A DNA stretch of 57,847 nt, the filler included, from Basidiobolus meristosporus CBS 931.73 (taxonomy: Eukaryota; Fungi; Basidiobolomycota), in NCBI GenBank assembly GCA_002104905.1. It is 2 parts of 2 records of this genome, joined end to end, with 100 filler letters (N's around TTAATTAATTAA, not from the genome) between each part and the next. Parts side by side here need not be neighbours in the genome. Positions count along the whole stretch, not along the records: positions 1 to 31,177 come from MCFE01000840.1; positions 31,278 to 57,847 come from MCFE01000915.1. One strand, written 5' to 3'. Shown here one piece after another: positions 25,371-38,888 of this stretch. Positions within the stretch are counted from its first letter, which is position 1; every line of letters begins with the position of its first letter. The translations under genes were made by a program, and so were the position numbers. The notes beneath the pieces were generated by a model. It made no database searches, was not told the DNA's origin, and was given only the letters and a program-made list of their open reading frames with translations.

Positions 25371-26374
25371 GAGAATGTTGAAGAATACTAAGACCAATTT
25401 CAACGACAAAAGGTTACCTAATGATTGCAAGAAAGATCCACCACCCATAAGACATGAGTTTCCTTTTGCATATGAACTTTCTATCAGCAATGTCCATGAT
25501 GTGGTCTAGTTAAGAACAGAAGTTGTTAGGAAAGACAAATCTATATATTAACGGGTAATTACAATTATACAATCATCCTGCAGTATTTTCAGCAACCTTA
25601 ATTCCGATCATTCAATCCAGTTGCACCAACTAATTGGGTCAAAAATATCCGCCTTACAAGTTTTGAAATTAACCCATTTTCTACAGATACCAGAGTAAGC
25701 GACAACAATCGGGGATATTTTGGCGGATTACTATATTTATATCGGAACAATATTATCATTGCTATGATATTAGATTTACGCAAGTAGCCATTCACGCACA
25801 TTCACGCTTTATAGATAGTATATAATGTAATTTCGATTGAAAACAACAGAAGACATCACTTGGCAAGTAGGCATAAGGTGGTGCTGCACAATTGATGCAA
25901 TTAACACATAATGCTCATCGAAATCATTGATCGCTGAAGTGGACTTGCACATCATGGTTTTCTTGCTGAGATTTCCTTGGGCAAATCTAGCTCACTAGCA
26001 TCAGCTTTTTTGATTTAAATTGTGAATAAGTTGGGATAGGGATGTGCTGTGATCGGCCTTCTGTAACAGATCAAATTATTTCTGCCTTGCTGCTTGTCTG
26101 ACCGCAGCTTCGAATCTAAGGCATAAGCTTGAATATGTCCGACGGCATCTATTACTGGAAATACTAAAATCATCGGAAACTTCTGTTCTGCTGTGGCGGT
26201 ACTTTGGCTTCTTTCGTAGAAGATTGTGTTGTATTGACAAATATGCTGATAAGATCAAAGTACCAAATGGCGCGCTATACCTTAGACCCTTTGTTCTAAG
26301 TTTCTATCTTCATTGTCCTATGAATTGACACGGATAAAAATTCTGATTACTATCGGAATGTAATATTTACCCGT

Positions 26375-26739
26375 TGTTTATTATGCAAAATACTCGTCAA
26401 CATATCCAAAAATCTTCGGACCTTCCCTATGGAAAATATTGAATTTGGATATTATATGGTATTTTGCTACTATTGTGCTGATATTTTCAGTTAATTTTTC
26501 TAGTGTGAATATCTCTTACATATAGCTATTTTACAGACATCATTATTTCTTGCCAAATTATTTGCTTTTCACATGCCTTTAGGACCTTACTAAGTGCACT
26601 CTGCAAGGTTATCTTGTCAAGACCATGTCAAAGTATATATATCACCATCATATTTGATACATATTTGAGTGAAGCTACAATGGTTTCTAGTTTTCCAGTT
26701 TTCCTAAACACTTGCAATATCTCGAAAAACCTCATAACA
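26375..26739 (+). mobile_element. Degenerate solo LTR related to 5846-6194; left edge approximate
   Basis: Shares CAAGACCATGT-AAAGTATA-ATA, GAGTGAA and CACTT-CAATATCTC with the 5846 copy; ends in TAACA. No TSD. Confidence 0.45.
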
Positions 26740-29700
26740 TTATCAAAATACATGCCAACTTGCAGCAGTCTCATGTAAGAGTACATACATCTCTGTAGAT
26801 ACAACTATAGATGCCAAAGTATACCAAGCTTATGGTGAAGCATGCTAAATAATGTGTTTGACGGCTACTTGCACCCCAAGTGAGATTCACTGTAGAGATT
26901 AAGGATATTTAGCTTTCAGCAAATATTGGCTCTAGCCACATAAGCAACCACAAAATGAAAGGTCGAGGAATAATGGATAGTATCCCTCTATTATCTCCAA
27001 AGGTATTATCACCCTTGTAATAGGCTTCTAAAAGTTTGGACTGTGTTTGGAGCAGAGCTGGCTTACAATATTTTACCACCAACGGAATTTCATTACCGAG
27101 ATATGATTGGCTCATAGTAGAGGGAATACCTTGCAGCCTATGAATGATAATTGCAATTGTCCGTGTTAGGCCTATTGTCGACGCAATCAGTCTGGGATTA
27201 GTCTATACAACCAAATGGAAATCGACATCAGAGTTGGTGGGGTTTAGAAACTATGTGTACTTATGGCATTTTTAGAAATGCCCTTTGGAGCGGGAAAGGA
27301 TCCAGGATTGCGGTGACTTGGGGTTGGGCACAGCTTACACGAACGTATCTCATTCATGATATGGAATTTTTCAATGTAATACCTGTCCACACCTAGGATT
27401 TTAAACAAGTCACGAAAATATCGAGGTTTTCACCACCCAAGCCCTGACTATGTTTCAACCAGTAGTTGTCGCAAAGTGGTTGAGTGATCAACTGCCTTGA
27501 ACCACAGTAATTTCAATATTCAGCACCCATGTATCCCTGTTTATATGAAATGTTCTTAGCCATATTTGGATCTATTGGTGATTTAAACATCATGAGTTCA
27601 TTATGTACAACTGGACGGATTGGTTTGTGTGTTACGATTCTACATGCTCTCTATTAGTGAGAATTCATTTCATTTTAATTCATAAGCTCATAAGCTCGAT
27701 AGGCTGTTGGCAACACTAGCAACTACAAGCAGAAATATGGACACCTACACGGCCTGCTATTCCTATTTTTAAGCACTTGGTCTAGGTGCACAAACGCATG
27801 TTTGAAGGCAACAGCCAACGCCATCCAATGATAGGCCATCGCACCATGAAGTCCCAACTGGCTTGGTAAATGATGAAAACTACGGCTTGGTTTCGATGAT
27901 ATCAACACTTCCATATCTGTTCAGCGTTTTCCAACACGGAAAATTATGCGGATTTCCGCAAGGCCTGCTCTTCATCAGCCAAATAGCCCTCAATACAAAT
28001 TGTTGTGAAGGGTATATATCATCACTGTTACAGCCAATGGTTTCAATCTGGTCTAACTTAGAGGGGATTATATATTATTGGCATGAAATTGGAAGGACAT
28101 ATGACCTAGGGCTGAGGCCGAAGCGAAGATCGAGCTTCCTCCACCAATAGAAATGGGCTACCCTCGATCTGCCCTAATCAACTGAACTGGGCATTTTACC
28201 CCAATGATAGGATCAACCCTCAGTGTTATATACAAATAAGGAAATAAAGTTATCCCCTCCTAAAGTATCTCCCGATTTGAATCCTTTGACGTGTTGAACG
28301 GATTAGATAAGACTAGTGTTGATAAATTAAGCGGGAACTGAGATTTCCTTATTATTTCTAAGCCTATACTTAACAGAACAAGGATGGCAGTCCTCATTGG
28401 CTTAAGCAGCGTATTCTTCGCTCTAAGTTCACTGGATAAAATCCATGTTTGTGCGTGATATATTTATGCCAGTAACCACAGCAGTGGTATTCAAATGATG
28501 TATAATTAAATCATCAATATCGTGCCATCGCTGGAGTATTTCCAGAATGAACCATTGGTATTAGTATTTCCACGAAGCAATGGATATTTTGCAGAAATAA
28601 CCCTTATCCCACAAGGATAAATGAATAGGAGTTGCTCCTTGAACAATGAAGCCATTATGCCATGATGAAGCATGGAAATCCACCATACCGGTTGGTGGAG
28701 GGATGGAGCTCTCCATCGATGGTACGATTATCAACATGTATTTTGCCTCGTTGATGAAATGGTTCTCTTGGTCCTCGAGGCTTGGTGAAATGAATACGTA
28801 TTTGTTTGTGACGGAGCATTCGTGAAATTACCGATCGCTATATTCACTTTGTATTTATAGATATTGCATTCGATCACTGAGTCTAGACCCAGGCCTAGAG
28901 TCGTTGGTGCTATTAAAGAGGTTATCAGCTCTCATAGAGTATCGTGCTATTCAAATTCAAAACGAATGGTCTCCAGAGGAATATTACAGTACTAGTGTGC
29001 CATCACCAACAGCGACCAATAGAAATATATTGCTCGAATGGGCTTCAACAGCAGAAAGGTTTAGAATGCACCAGAGTGGGTTTAAAAGTGGTCATACTAT
29101 ATAGAACATGCACCCCTTGGATGTAGGAGACAAATTGACAACTTATATATAAAACGTGGTAAGTGAATCCAAGTCACTAATTCCCCACGATGGATGGGTT
29201 TAGATTGTACTTGATGAAAGGTACAAAATATCCTCCCAAATTCTTTAAGGATTTCATTTTTACTAGAGGGTGAGTATCATCCAGCGAGTGAGAATAAACA
29301 TGAAACTATATCGAGGTGACTATGACAAGTCCAGGCTATATATTGACTTCGTTATCTTATTTGAAAAAACTTGTTCAGTGTCGTATTCACTGGTATCCTC
29401 TGCTGACAGACAAGTTGACGTCTTTGACTTTCGAGCTAAATTGCTGTAAAATATGATATACATTTAGAATATATTTGTTGTGTAATAAAACCAGGAACCC
29501 TTTTTTCTTATTCAGTGCGGGTCATGTAAGCAACTGAGTGTCTCAACATTACCTAGGGGTACCTTGCGGCGCTCTTCTTTAGTCTTCATATCAGCGAAGT
29601 TTTTGCCGTGATCTTTCTTTAGATATATACTCTAAACGTCTCCTCAAGCAGTGCACAGAGTTCATCCTCACATTCGCCTTAGGGGTGGTCTCAGCAGTTC

Positions 29701-31177
29701 TTTTGCTTTTTTGATTATATTCTACTCCTATTCCATGTCTATATTTCTTCATTTGCTTGTTGCTCTACGAAGTGAAAAGAAACGTGGCAACAACAGTAAC
29801 TATATTATATTAGATCATGTGACTTCCCCTTCCACGAAAACATAGCCCCACGAGCATATGGTTTGATATAGACATAGACTCATAGCAGCCTAAAGCTCCA
29901 AACAGGCCGAATGTTTTCAGAATTCCAATATAATATGCTTATAAACAGGGTGTACATCTAAACGCATAGTCATTTCAATACATATTTCATTGTTGCTTAG
30001 CTTTTTGGATGATACTGTACATCACCGCTATTTAGAAGGCCCACCAGTGAAGCGAGCTACTTGTACAATGCACAGAAGGCCATTCTTCCAATTGATGATC
30101 GTTGTAAAACCCGTGTATGCAAACGGAGTGGATGACATCGAGCCACAGTAGTTGATCACAAGCCAAAACTACATAGGTTTAGCACCAGATTCTAGAAATC
30201 CACGCAATGGCGGTCTTACTAGTAAGAGCATGATATGACAAGTTTCAGTGTGTCTGCTGCATGAGACGATGTACATCTTTGGTGATGGTATTTCATAGAA
30301 TGTGACCTGCTATAACATGGCAATGGGCTGTTTCACCAGGATTGGAGGGAATAATTAGCCAAATTTTAGAGAAGCATTAAGCCGCATCCAAATGAAAGTT
30401 GCTACCCTGTCACGAATAATACAATACCAATCAGCTCAGTAGTCACGTAATCCTGTTTCACTGCCACTCTTATATTGGGTAAATCAATAGTTAGCGACTG
30501 TTTGGATCTCAGAGTATTCAATTTGATCAGCTGACAGGAGGGATCGTCAATCAGCACGCATCCAGAGCTGCGCATTTGCAATTTGTCGAGATTCTACTAC
30601 AAGCTTGGTGAACCACATTATTTGAATGTTTGTGCAAGTACAAAATACTACTACACCTCACCACCTACACATCAGCGATTTTGGATTCGTGACATTCTTA
30701 ATTAGAGCAGTTGCTCCGGAAATTGTATTTGTCGTAGTGTATGTCATATATCCAGCGGTGCGGAACCTCTAAATTCCTTCTAAAAGAGGTAATCATCAAT
30801 GATAGAATGAGGCGTATGCGAATAAGGGCAAAGAAGGTAATTTGTCAACATCAAAATAGGGGATACTTTCAGTAGGGAGGAAATAGAGTCCAGATTCATC
30901 CTTGCTAATCAACTTCGACACTCTTCTGGGCTTGGATATCGAATCATAATAGGGGTTGTGCTAACGAAGCCTGCCCCTCAGCTACTATAACTTACACTCA
31001 ATTCGTAACTTCACCACGGCTCTACGAATACTTGCCTAGTAACATTCTGATGGACTTGTACCTGACCATGCTTGTCCCATGACTAGCCTAATTAAGAAAT
31101 CCATGGTGCTCACCATGATTTTTTTAACTTTTTTGTATAACATCGATCAATGGATTCTCAGAGTTTGATGACATCAA

Positions 31178-31277
31178 NNNNNNNNNNNNNNNNNNNNNNN
31201 NNNNNNNNNNNNNNNNNNNNNTTAATTAATTAANNNNNNNNNNNNNNNNNNNNNNNNNNNNNNNNNNNNNNNNNNNN
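31178..31277. other. Artificial 100-bp contig spacer
   Basis: 44 N + TTAATTAATTAA (stops in all six frames) + 44 N. Confidence 0.95.
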
Positions 31278-34200
31278 AGTTACCATCCTGAATAGCCTGA
31301 CAGACAAGTTTCAGGCCTTGCATCAACCCTAGAGTCCAGAACTGAAGATTTGACCTTAAATTTTGTATATGGAAGGCTCCTGGATGAAAAATTAAGAAAA
31401 TCAAGCGCTGTGGTGGTGTATAGGTCCAAGGGAGAGATACATCCAACACTTCTCAAGTGTTTTGTGTGTGGGGTGTTCACTGGGTGCAATAATCTCTGGC
31501 AAAAGCTTGCTAGGAATACTTGGGTTCTATCTCTAATCTAATGTGAAGGGGAATAAAGCCACAAGCTTGTCAAGAGAAAACTATTGAGCTACAATCCCCA
31601 ACTTAGTTGGCGTCTTAACAAAAGTATGTGCTGGGTTCAGCATCCTTTAAGATGACAATGTACTAAAGCTTCCAAAGTCAAAACAACTGTGAATTCCACT
31701 AGCAGGGACTTGATAAGAATGCAGCTGTGGTCCATAGTTACAAAGACAGAAAAGTATCTTTGCCTGTACAAGAACAAACCTGGGAAAGAATCAAATATAA
31801 TAAAAGATACCTACTCTGAGTATTCCTCACAAGTAGTGCCTCCAAGGTTGGTTGGCTGTCAGTGTGGTTTCCTGGGAGTGTCCTGTGGTTGGAAGTTCAG
31901 GTAGCAGCAGGCAGCAGTGATCACACTAATCAACAAGTTGGTATATTGATAAAAGGTATGATGAATTATTGTTGAGGGATAGCCTCCCTTATATACTTTT
32001 CTTACTGACTAAGTGATTACTAATCATGGTGTTCTAAAAGGTTCTGGACATCAATTGAAATCCTCATGACATCAGAATGACCTAAGAATGTTCTAAGTAG
32101 GTGCTGGAAGGTTCTAAGAGGCACAGCACATCCAACCAATAAGGAATCAGTATTCTGAAGCCTGTGTAACATAGGGATACCATATATGGTATGGAAATGG
32201 TAGGGATGGTGACACAGGTTGCTCATGTTTCACAGGTGCTGGCACGGGTACTTGCCTAATATAGAAGCACTTATAGCTAGTAATCTTACATAAAGTGAGG
32301 GGTAACTTATGCAATAAGGTAAGCAGGTATGATAGTCAACTGGCTTATGGGATAGTACTGATCAGATAAGACAAATGGGATAAAACTAAAATAAGTGTAA
32401 TAGAGATATAGGGGAGTAGAAAATATGGGAATGGGCACATCTGTTAGTGGGTGTCACTGTCACCCCACTACAGCGCAAATAAGAAGGAAGATGAAAATGC
32501 TTTAATAAGCAATGATAACCAACAAAGGAGGTACCCAAAACCCTGCAAAGGCAACAGCAACCTGCTTTGCAACTACTGCAAAAGGAAAGGACACACATCA
32601 GACCGGTGTCTCAAAAAAGAATGATAATCAGCAAAAGAAGCCTGAATATGGAAATGCTGCAACAACTGAAGATAGACTATTCATATCTGCACTAAATATG
32701 ACCACAAACAAGGCTTCTCAGACTTGATATATTGACTCTGGAGCATCTCAACACTTTACACACCAAAAAGAACTTTTAACCCAATTTCAAGAAATTCCAT
32801 TATAGAAGGTTTTCATGGGTGACAATAGAAAACTTGATGCAGTGGGAGAAGGAACTATCCAAGTAAACCTAAGAAGCAGTGAAGGAAGCCATACACTGAC
32901 TTTCAAAGAAGTACTCTATGTACCAGAAATAGCCAAGAACCTACTATCTGTAAGTAAGGCCACTGCAGAAGGACTCAGTTTCAGCTTTGACAATTCTGGA
33001 TGCAAGATCACTGATCAAAATGGTGCCCATATGGCTTTGGGTATCAGAGATCAGAATTTATACAAGTTGACTTATATTCCATCATATTTGGAAGCCAATA
33101 TAAGCAACTTAAAAGAAGAAACCCCACTGCTTTGCCACAGGAGATTTGGGCACATCAATTTTGATTATTTGCGCAAAATGTTCAAAGATCAGCTAATTTC
33201 TGGAGTAAAAATTGACCCCCAGCTAACTTGTAGCACTTTGAAGCCTGCATATATGGGAAACAAGCCAGACAACCATTCAAGAGCTCTGGGCTGATCAAAA
33301 CTAAGAAAAAATTAGATCTAATTCACTCAGATCTCTGTGGACCTATGCAAAATTTATCCTTAGGTGTGATGAAGTATTTAGTCACTTTTGTTGATGATTA
33401 TACAAGATACACATGGGTCTACTTCATGGAGAGAAAGGAAGAAGCTCTGTCTAAGTTCAGTGAGTTTAAAGCCATGGTGGAGAGAGAAACTGGTGGGAAA
33501 ATCAAGAAAATATGCCCCAACAATGGTTGACAATATACCTCAAAACTCTTCATCCACTTCTGCAAAACTCATGGGATAAAGCAAGAGACTACTGTACCAT
33601 ACTCCCCACAGCAAAATGAAGTAGCAGAACATGCTAGCAGATCAATAATTGATATGGCAAGATCTATAATCCATGATCAAAAATTATCTTATGATTGTTA
33701 GACAAAATCAGTTGCCACTGCTGTATATCTTAAAAATCGGAGTTATAACAGAATACTCTGTGATTCTACTCCATTTGCAGCATGGTATACATACAGACCA
33801 AGTGCAGAACATCTAAGAATATTTGGGTGTACAGCATATGCCAAGAAACTGCCTTGAAATCAGTCAAAATATGAGCCAAAAGTGCAAAATGCATATTTCT
33901 GGGCTACTGCAATGCGAGTAAAGCATACAGACTCTACAATACCAAAGCAAAGAGGTTAATCAAGTTCAGGGATATGCTGTTTGATGAAAACTCAAAATTT
34001 TCACAAAAAATAACATCAGATGATAACAAAAATCTGATCTCAAATCCACCAATTGTCAGGATTAAATCAGAGCAAAACAATGAATATTTTTTCACTCCAG
34101 AGGACTCTACAACCATGGTTCAGCCTGAATCAGTGCCCAGGAATATCCCAGAAGTGATCATTCCAGTATCAAATGCCCAGAAATCCAATTGGACTAGAAA

Positions 34201-34944
34201 TAGCCCAAAATAACTGTATCAATGAGGGTACAAAGTTGGCCTATGCCTATTCAGTCCATATTGATTAGCCCCGGACTGTAAAAGAGGCCCTAAATAGCCC
34301 TCAGACAAAGTTTTGGAGATCTGCAATGACTAAGGAATATCAGGCCCTGATGGAAAATCAAACTTGGGACTTAGTCAAATTACCAATCAACCAAAAATCA
34401 ATTGGATGCATATGGGTCTTCAAGACAAAATACAAGGCTGATGGTACAATTGAAAGATACAAAGCAAGACTTGTAGCCAAAGAATACTCTCAAGCACAAG
34501 GATTTGACTATACTGAGACATTTGCACCAGTAGCCAAGTTTAATTCCATCAGAGTAATATTGGCTATTGCAGCCAAATATAAGTTTTTTATTCATCAAAT
34601 GGGTGTAAAAACTGCATTTTTGAATGGAGAACTTGATGAGGACCTGTATGTGGACAAACCCAATGGGTTTGTTGGCCAACATAGTCCCCATTTGGTCTGC
34701 AAGCTTAAAAAGTCACTATATGGTCTCAAACAATCACCAAGAGCCTGGAATTGCAAGATAGACTCTTATTTAGAATCTTTGAGATTCAAAAAGAGTAATG
34801 CTGACTATAGTATATACTATAAGCTAGATAGAGCAAATCCAGTTCTATTAGCTCTATATGTGGATGATCTTATTATAGCCGCTAATAACCTAGAAACATT
34901 GGAAGAGACTAAATCCAGCGTATCTAAGGAGTTCAAGATGTCAA
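31278..34944 (+). mobile_element. Ty1/Copia internal region (gag-PR-IN-RT), degenerate; gag split by a solo LTR, RT cut at 34945
   Basis: Gag ILNSL...LTLNFVYGRLLDE, zinc knuckle CNYCKRKGHTSDRC, protease (W*)YIDSGASQH, pre-integrase HRRFGH, integrase IHSDLCGPM/FVDDYTRYTWVYF/PQQN, RT RYKARLVAK, KTAFLNG, KKSLYGLKQSPRAWN and LYVDD, in IN-before-RT order. Confidence 0.92.
31409..32472 (-). mobile_element. 1064-bp solo LTR with a GCGC target-site duplication
   Basis: TGTGGTGGTG...CACCCCACTACA flanked by GCGC at 31405-31408 and 32473-32476. Removing it restores the Copia gag frame. Its reverse complement aligns with the LTR at 35834-36410. Confidence 0.87.
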
Positions 34945-36410
34945 TGTGGTAGGATAAACATACCTCCCACAGACAAGTTTATTCATATAGCCATTATGAT
35001 ATACTTATCCCTATTTTATCTTATCCATATTATCCCATTCTTCTTTTGCCCATATTATCAGTATTATCACCATATGATGTTTACCCTGATTAGGAAACAA
35101 CATATCAATCAAGGTTGGAGAGCTACTCAGTGTATCACCATCTGTAAGAAAGACTCTGGATGAGCACATCAGAATAAGAAACCATCTAATTAAAGCAACC
35201 CAAGGCAACCAGGTCAGGACAGCTCAAGGAAGCCAAGATATCAGTAAGCTGCATCAAAGCCAGAAACACTACTACTCAGTGGCAACTGCAACAACTACAG
35301 GAACTGGGCATAATCAAGAAATCCTATGTCATATAAACAGTGGATCTGAGATATTTGTGATGCCTTTGGAGGCTTGTAACCAACTACCATTCAATGACCT
35401 ATTGCCCATAGACACCAATATCAATAGGAGGTTCAAGGATGCCAACTCAGGGAAATCAAAGCTTTTATGAATTATTCACAGTTTCCCTCTCATCATTGAA
35501 GGAATACCCCATGAGATCCCAGTATTCATTTGTGCAAAGTCTAACTTTGAATTACATCTTGGAAGACCATGGGAGGTGAAAGCAAGAGCAACTGCAGTGA
35601 ACTACCCAGATGGTTCAGCATGGTACACTATATACTCAGAGAGCCCAGGACTAACAGCAACCTTCTGTGGTGTGGACTCAAACAATATTAGATAAATGAC
35701 ATCATGTGGATTTCTATCTCAAGAAAAGAAAGGTAGCTTCATTGAGGATGACTGAGAGAGCTCTTCATTCTCCATACTTACAGTGGTTAGCTAAAAAGTT
35801 TCAGGGAACTTTTTAGCTCCAGTTGGGGGTGGATGTGGTAGGGTAAACATACCTCCCACAGACAAGCTTATTCATATAGCCATTATGATACACTTATCCC
35901 TATTTTATCTTATCAGTATTATCCCATTCTTCTTTTGTCCATATTATCAGTATTATCCCCATATGATGTTTACCCTGATTAGTTATTGGCATTAGTTGTC
36001 CCAGATGTTATTCAGCTTTGTGATCAGTATATGTATCTACATAAGGCAAGTACCTACATCAGTACCCATAACACATGACCTAGGTCTGTGTTACCATCCC
36101 TACCATTTCAATACCATATATGGTATTCCTATGTTGTACAGGTCTCGGACTACTGATTCCTGATTGGTTGGATGTGCTGTGCCTTTTAGAACCTTCCATG
36201 ACATTCTTGGCATATTTTTAGCTCATAGTCATGTTATCAAGAATTCCACTGATGCCTAGAACCTTCTAGAACCTTGTCATTAGTAATCACTTGGCAATCA
36301 GGAAAAGTATTTAAGGGAAAGCAATCCCTCATCAATAAATCATCACTTCTATCTGTAACACTTCTACCTTATTGATTAGCAGTTGATCACTGCACCTGCC
36401 TTCATCAGTC
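34945..36410 (+). mobile_element. Internally deleted LTR element: short 5' LTR piece, gag-end/protease, PPT and truncated 3' LTR; no RT/IN
   Basis: 34945-~35075 is a near-identical direct repeat of 35834-~35980. Between them lie ELLSVSPSVRKTL, INSGSEIFVM and LHLGRPW...YPDGS. GGGGGTGGA sits directly before TG at 35834. Confidence 0.68.
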
Positions 36411-36412
36411 AG

Positions 36413-36513
36413 TTAGCTTGAAATGCCCCATGTAGAACTTGGTCATCAGTATAGGGATATTGTTGAAAAGCAAAGCATTGCCCCCAGTGGAAAGCATTTG
36501 CGCCAACAGATAC
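36413..36513 (-). mobile_element. Inverted ~100-bp fragment of the CACTA-type transposase
   Basis: Its reverse complement closely matches 49571-49672. Confidence 0.75.
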
Positions 36514-37319
36514 AGTTTATCATTTATAAAAGCCACTTACTGATCTTCAACTGAGGGTACTGCTTTTACTACACTCTCATCTGCCTCAGGAAAATGGTCA
36601 GCTAGCAGCTGCGCAAAAATTTCCAATTGCCCATGTAACCAAGAGCCTGAGGAGTCTGTATTATTCCTTTCAGTGGGCACACTGTCTACAGAGCCTTTTT
36701 TGGTTGTAGCCCTGCTTGTTGCAGTGATTATCCATCAAGCTGTTGTCCAACTGTTTTTCTGCTGCTGTCAGTAGTGGGATTTGGTTGGGAACCAAACAGC
36801 TTTGCTTTATCTTTTGGCAGCATATATACAGAAGTGAGTCAAACCAATGGTGATATGGTGTTACATATACATGTGTATGTGATGCCACAACTTCATTTAT
36901 GATGCTTTCTATGGCAGGTTATCATTGCATCCTGCATTCATGTAGGTGTTGATGTCTCAAATACAAGACTGTCTTAAACTCACATAAGTATTGAAAAAAA
37001 GTGATATACTAGTGTTACATTGAGTAGCAAAGTAATTGCCGCATGGACAAGACTACTTTGATTCAACAATGTAAGAGAAGAGAAAAAAGGCCATCTGGCT
37101 ATTGTGGTAAGCCCCTGAGCCATGAAGCATGCAGACAGCATAGGAAGTATTACAAGGATTGCAGCCAGTGTTGTGCCACACAAGTTATATTTGACCATTC
37201 ACCAGTCACTTCTGTATTAACAATATCTTGCTGGCTATTTGATATTTCTATATCAGCTTCTGACCATTCATGTCCCCTTGCACAAACAGAGTCAGGAGAG
37301 TTGTAACACCATTAAGCTC

Positions 37320-37735
37320 TGTTGTGTTGTATTATGCCTAGTTCAGGGCTTGTTTTACAATGCAGAGGCTATTCAACAATATACAACAACTTCCAGGATG
37401 CTAATACTGAAATAGTTCAATGGGAGTCTGAAATACCAATAGAAGATATAACCTTCACAAACATCCTCAATCTTAGGCTCAGAATATACTTTAGACAATG
37501 TTTCTCACTTCTACAGCAGTATTCTGACCTTCTGTTAAGTATTGGGCTTATTTACTTTTAAAGTTACTTTCCAGTATTTGGAGAACACTTTCCTTTCTGA
37601 GATAATTTTTCAAATATGAAAAATCTGAGCTCCCTTTAACCTACGGGGGTGTGGTGTAGAAGTCTCCAAAGGGGTCTTTAGACCCAAAGGGTTGCCTAAA
37701 GGGGTGTCTTTAGAGTCAGGGGCTACTTACAGTGG
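37320..37735 (-). mobile_element. Partial copy (~415 bp) of the 38889-40190 LTR, inverted
   Basis: Its reverse complement aligns with ~39790-40190, including the TGTTGTGTTG terminus and the CCCCTTT repeats. Confidence 0.75.
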
Positions 37736-38888
37736 TACTGGCAAATCATGTGATGTTGTGGCTAGAGTAGTGGCACATTTCCATTTATATTAGTAATAGG
37801 GTTTTGGAGGATTTAATGCTACTTCTTGCCAAAATGATTCCAGGATGCAACATACTACACCCATGGCATAAATGGAAAACCATCATGTGGCTGGCAACAT
37901 GTGACCTGGATACTGTCCTGATACCAGCATGTGATAATAGTTGCATGGCATTCATATCAGGAAATGCCACCATTGCAATGTGTTCAACTTGTCAGGAATC
38001 CACCAACATTGGGCAAAACATTGTTCACACTATGAATATATTCCAGTACCCCACATAAAAAAGCTCATACAGTCTGACAACTATTGTAAAGCTATAAATT
38101 ACAACACTCAGCATCAATCAAGTGCAAACATATCTGATAAATATAATGGCAAACATTACAAACAGCTAAGAATCACAGGCTACTTTGAATATATGTTGGA
38201 CCATGACTTTGCCTTGGCAATTGATGGATTCTTATTAAGCAAGTACTCTGGCAGCAAATCCTGCTGGCCATTGATTCTCATCAACCTGAATATGCCACCT
38301 ATCTTACAGTATCAGAGCAAGAATCTGATGGTAGTCTTGCTGGTATTTGGGCCTAAATCACCATCCAACCTAGATAGCTACCTGTATCCATTGCTGAATG
38401 AACTTCATATACTTTCCTGCAGGATAACAGTAAATGGCCATCATGTAAAAGTGTATATTATTATCTGCATTGGAAACACCCCTGCCATCAGCAAGATAGA
38501 CAGCTTTTTTGGACACAATGGATGGTATTGCTGTTAAATGTGTGAGATTCAGGGGACTTTGTCATTAACTCACATACATTATTATTACCCAAACATCAAC
38601 ACTAAAAACATCTTTTCCACAGAGAGAACATACAGAAGACAGCATGCCATTGTGGCAAAGTTGGCAAGCTATAAGCCATTGGCCAGAATATTGGATTAAT
38701 TGGAAACTGGAGATATTTATGATGCAGGGTATCTGTTGGAGCAAAAACTTTTCTTTGCAAGCAATGCAATTGCTTTCAACTATATTCCTAAACCTTTGAC
38801 CAAGCTGTTTATGGGGCATTTCAAGTTAAATCAGCCGTTAGAGATACTGGTGAAGTTTGAAAGAATTGGCAAGATATTAAAGAGTATC

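Noticed and set aside
27200-30720. Several stop-interrupted frames (e.g. KDVHRLMQQ..., RGKIHVDNRTIDG...)
   Set aside because: Possibly pseudogene relics, but no family could be supported.
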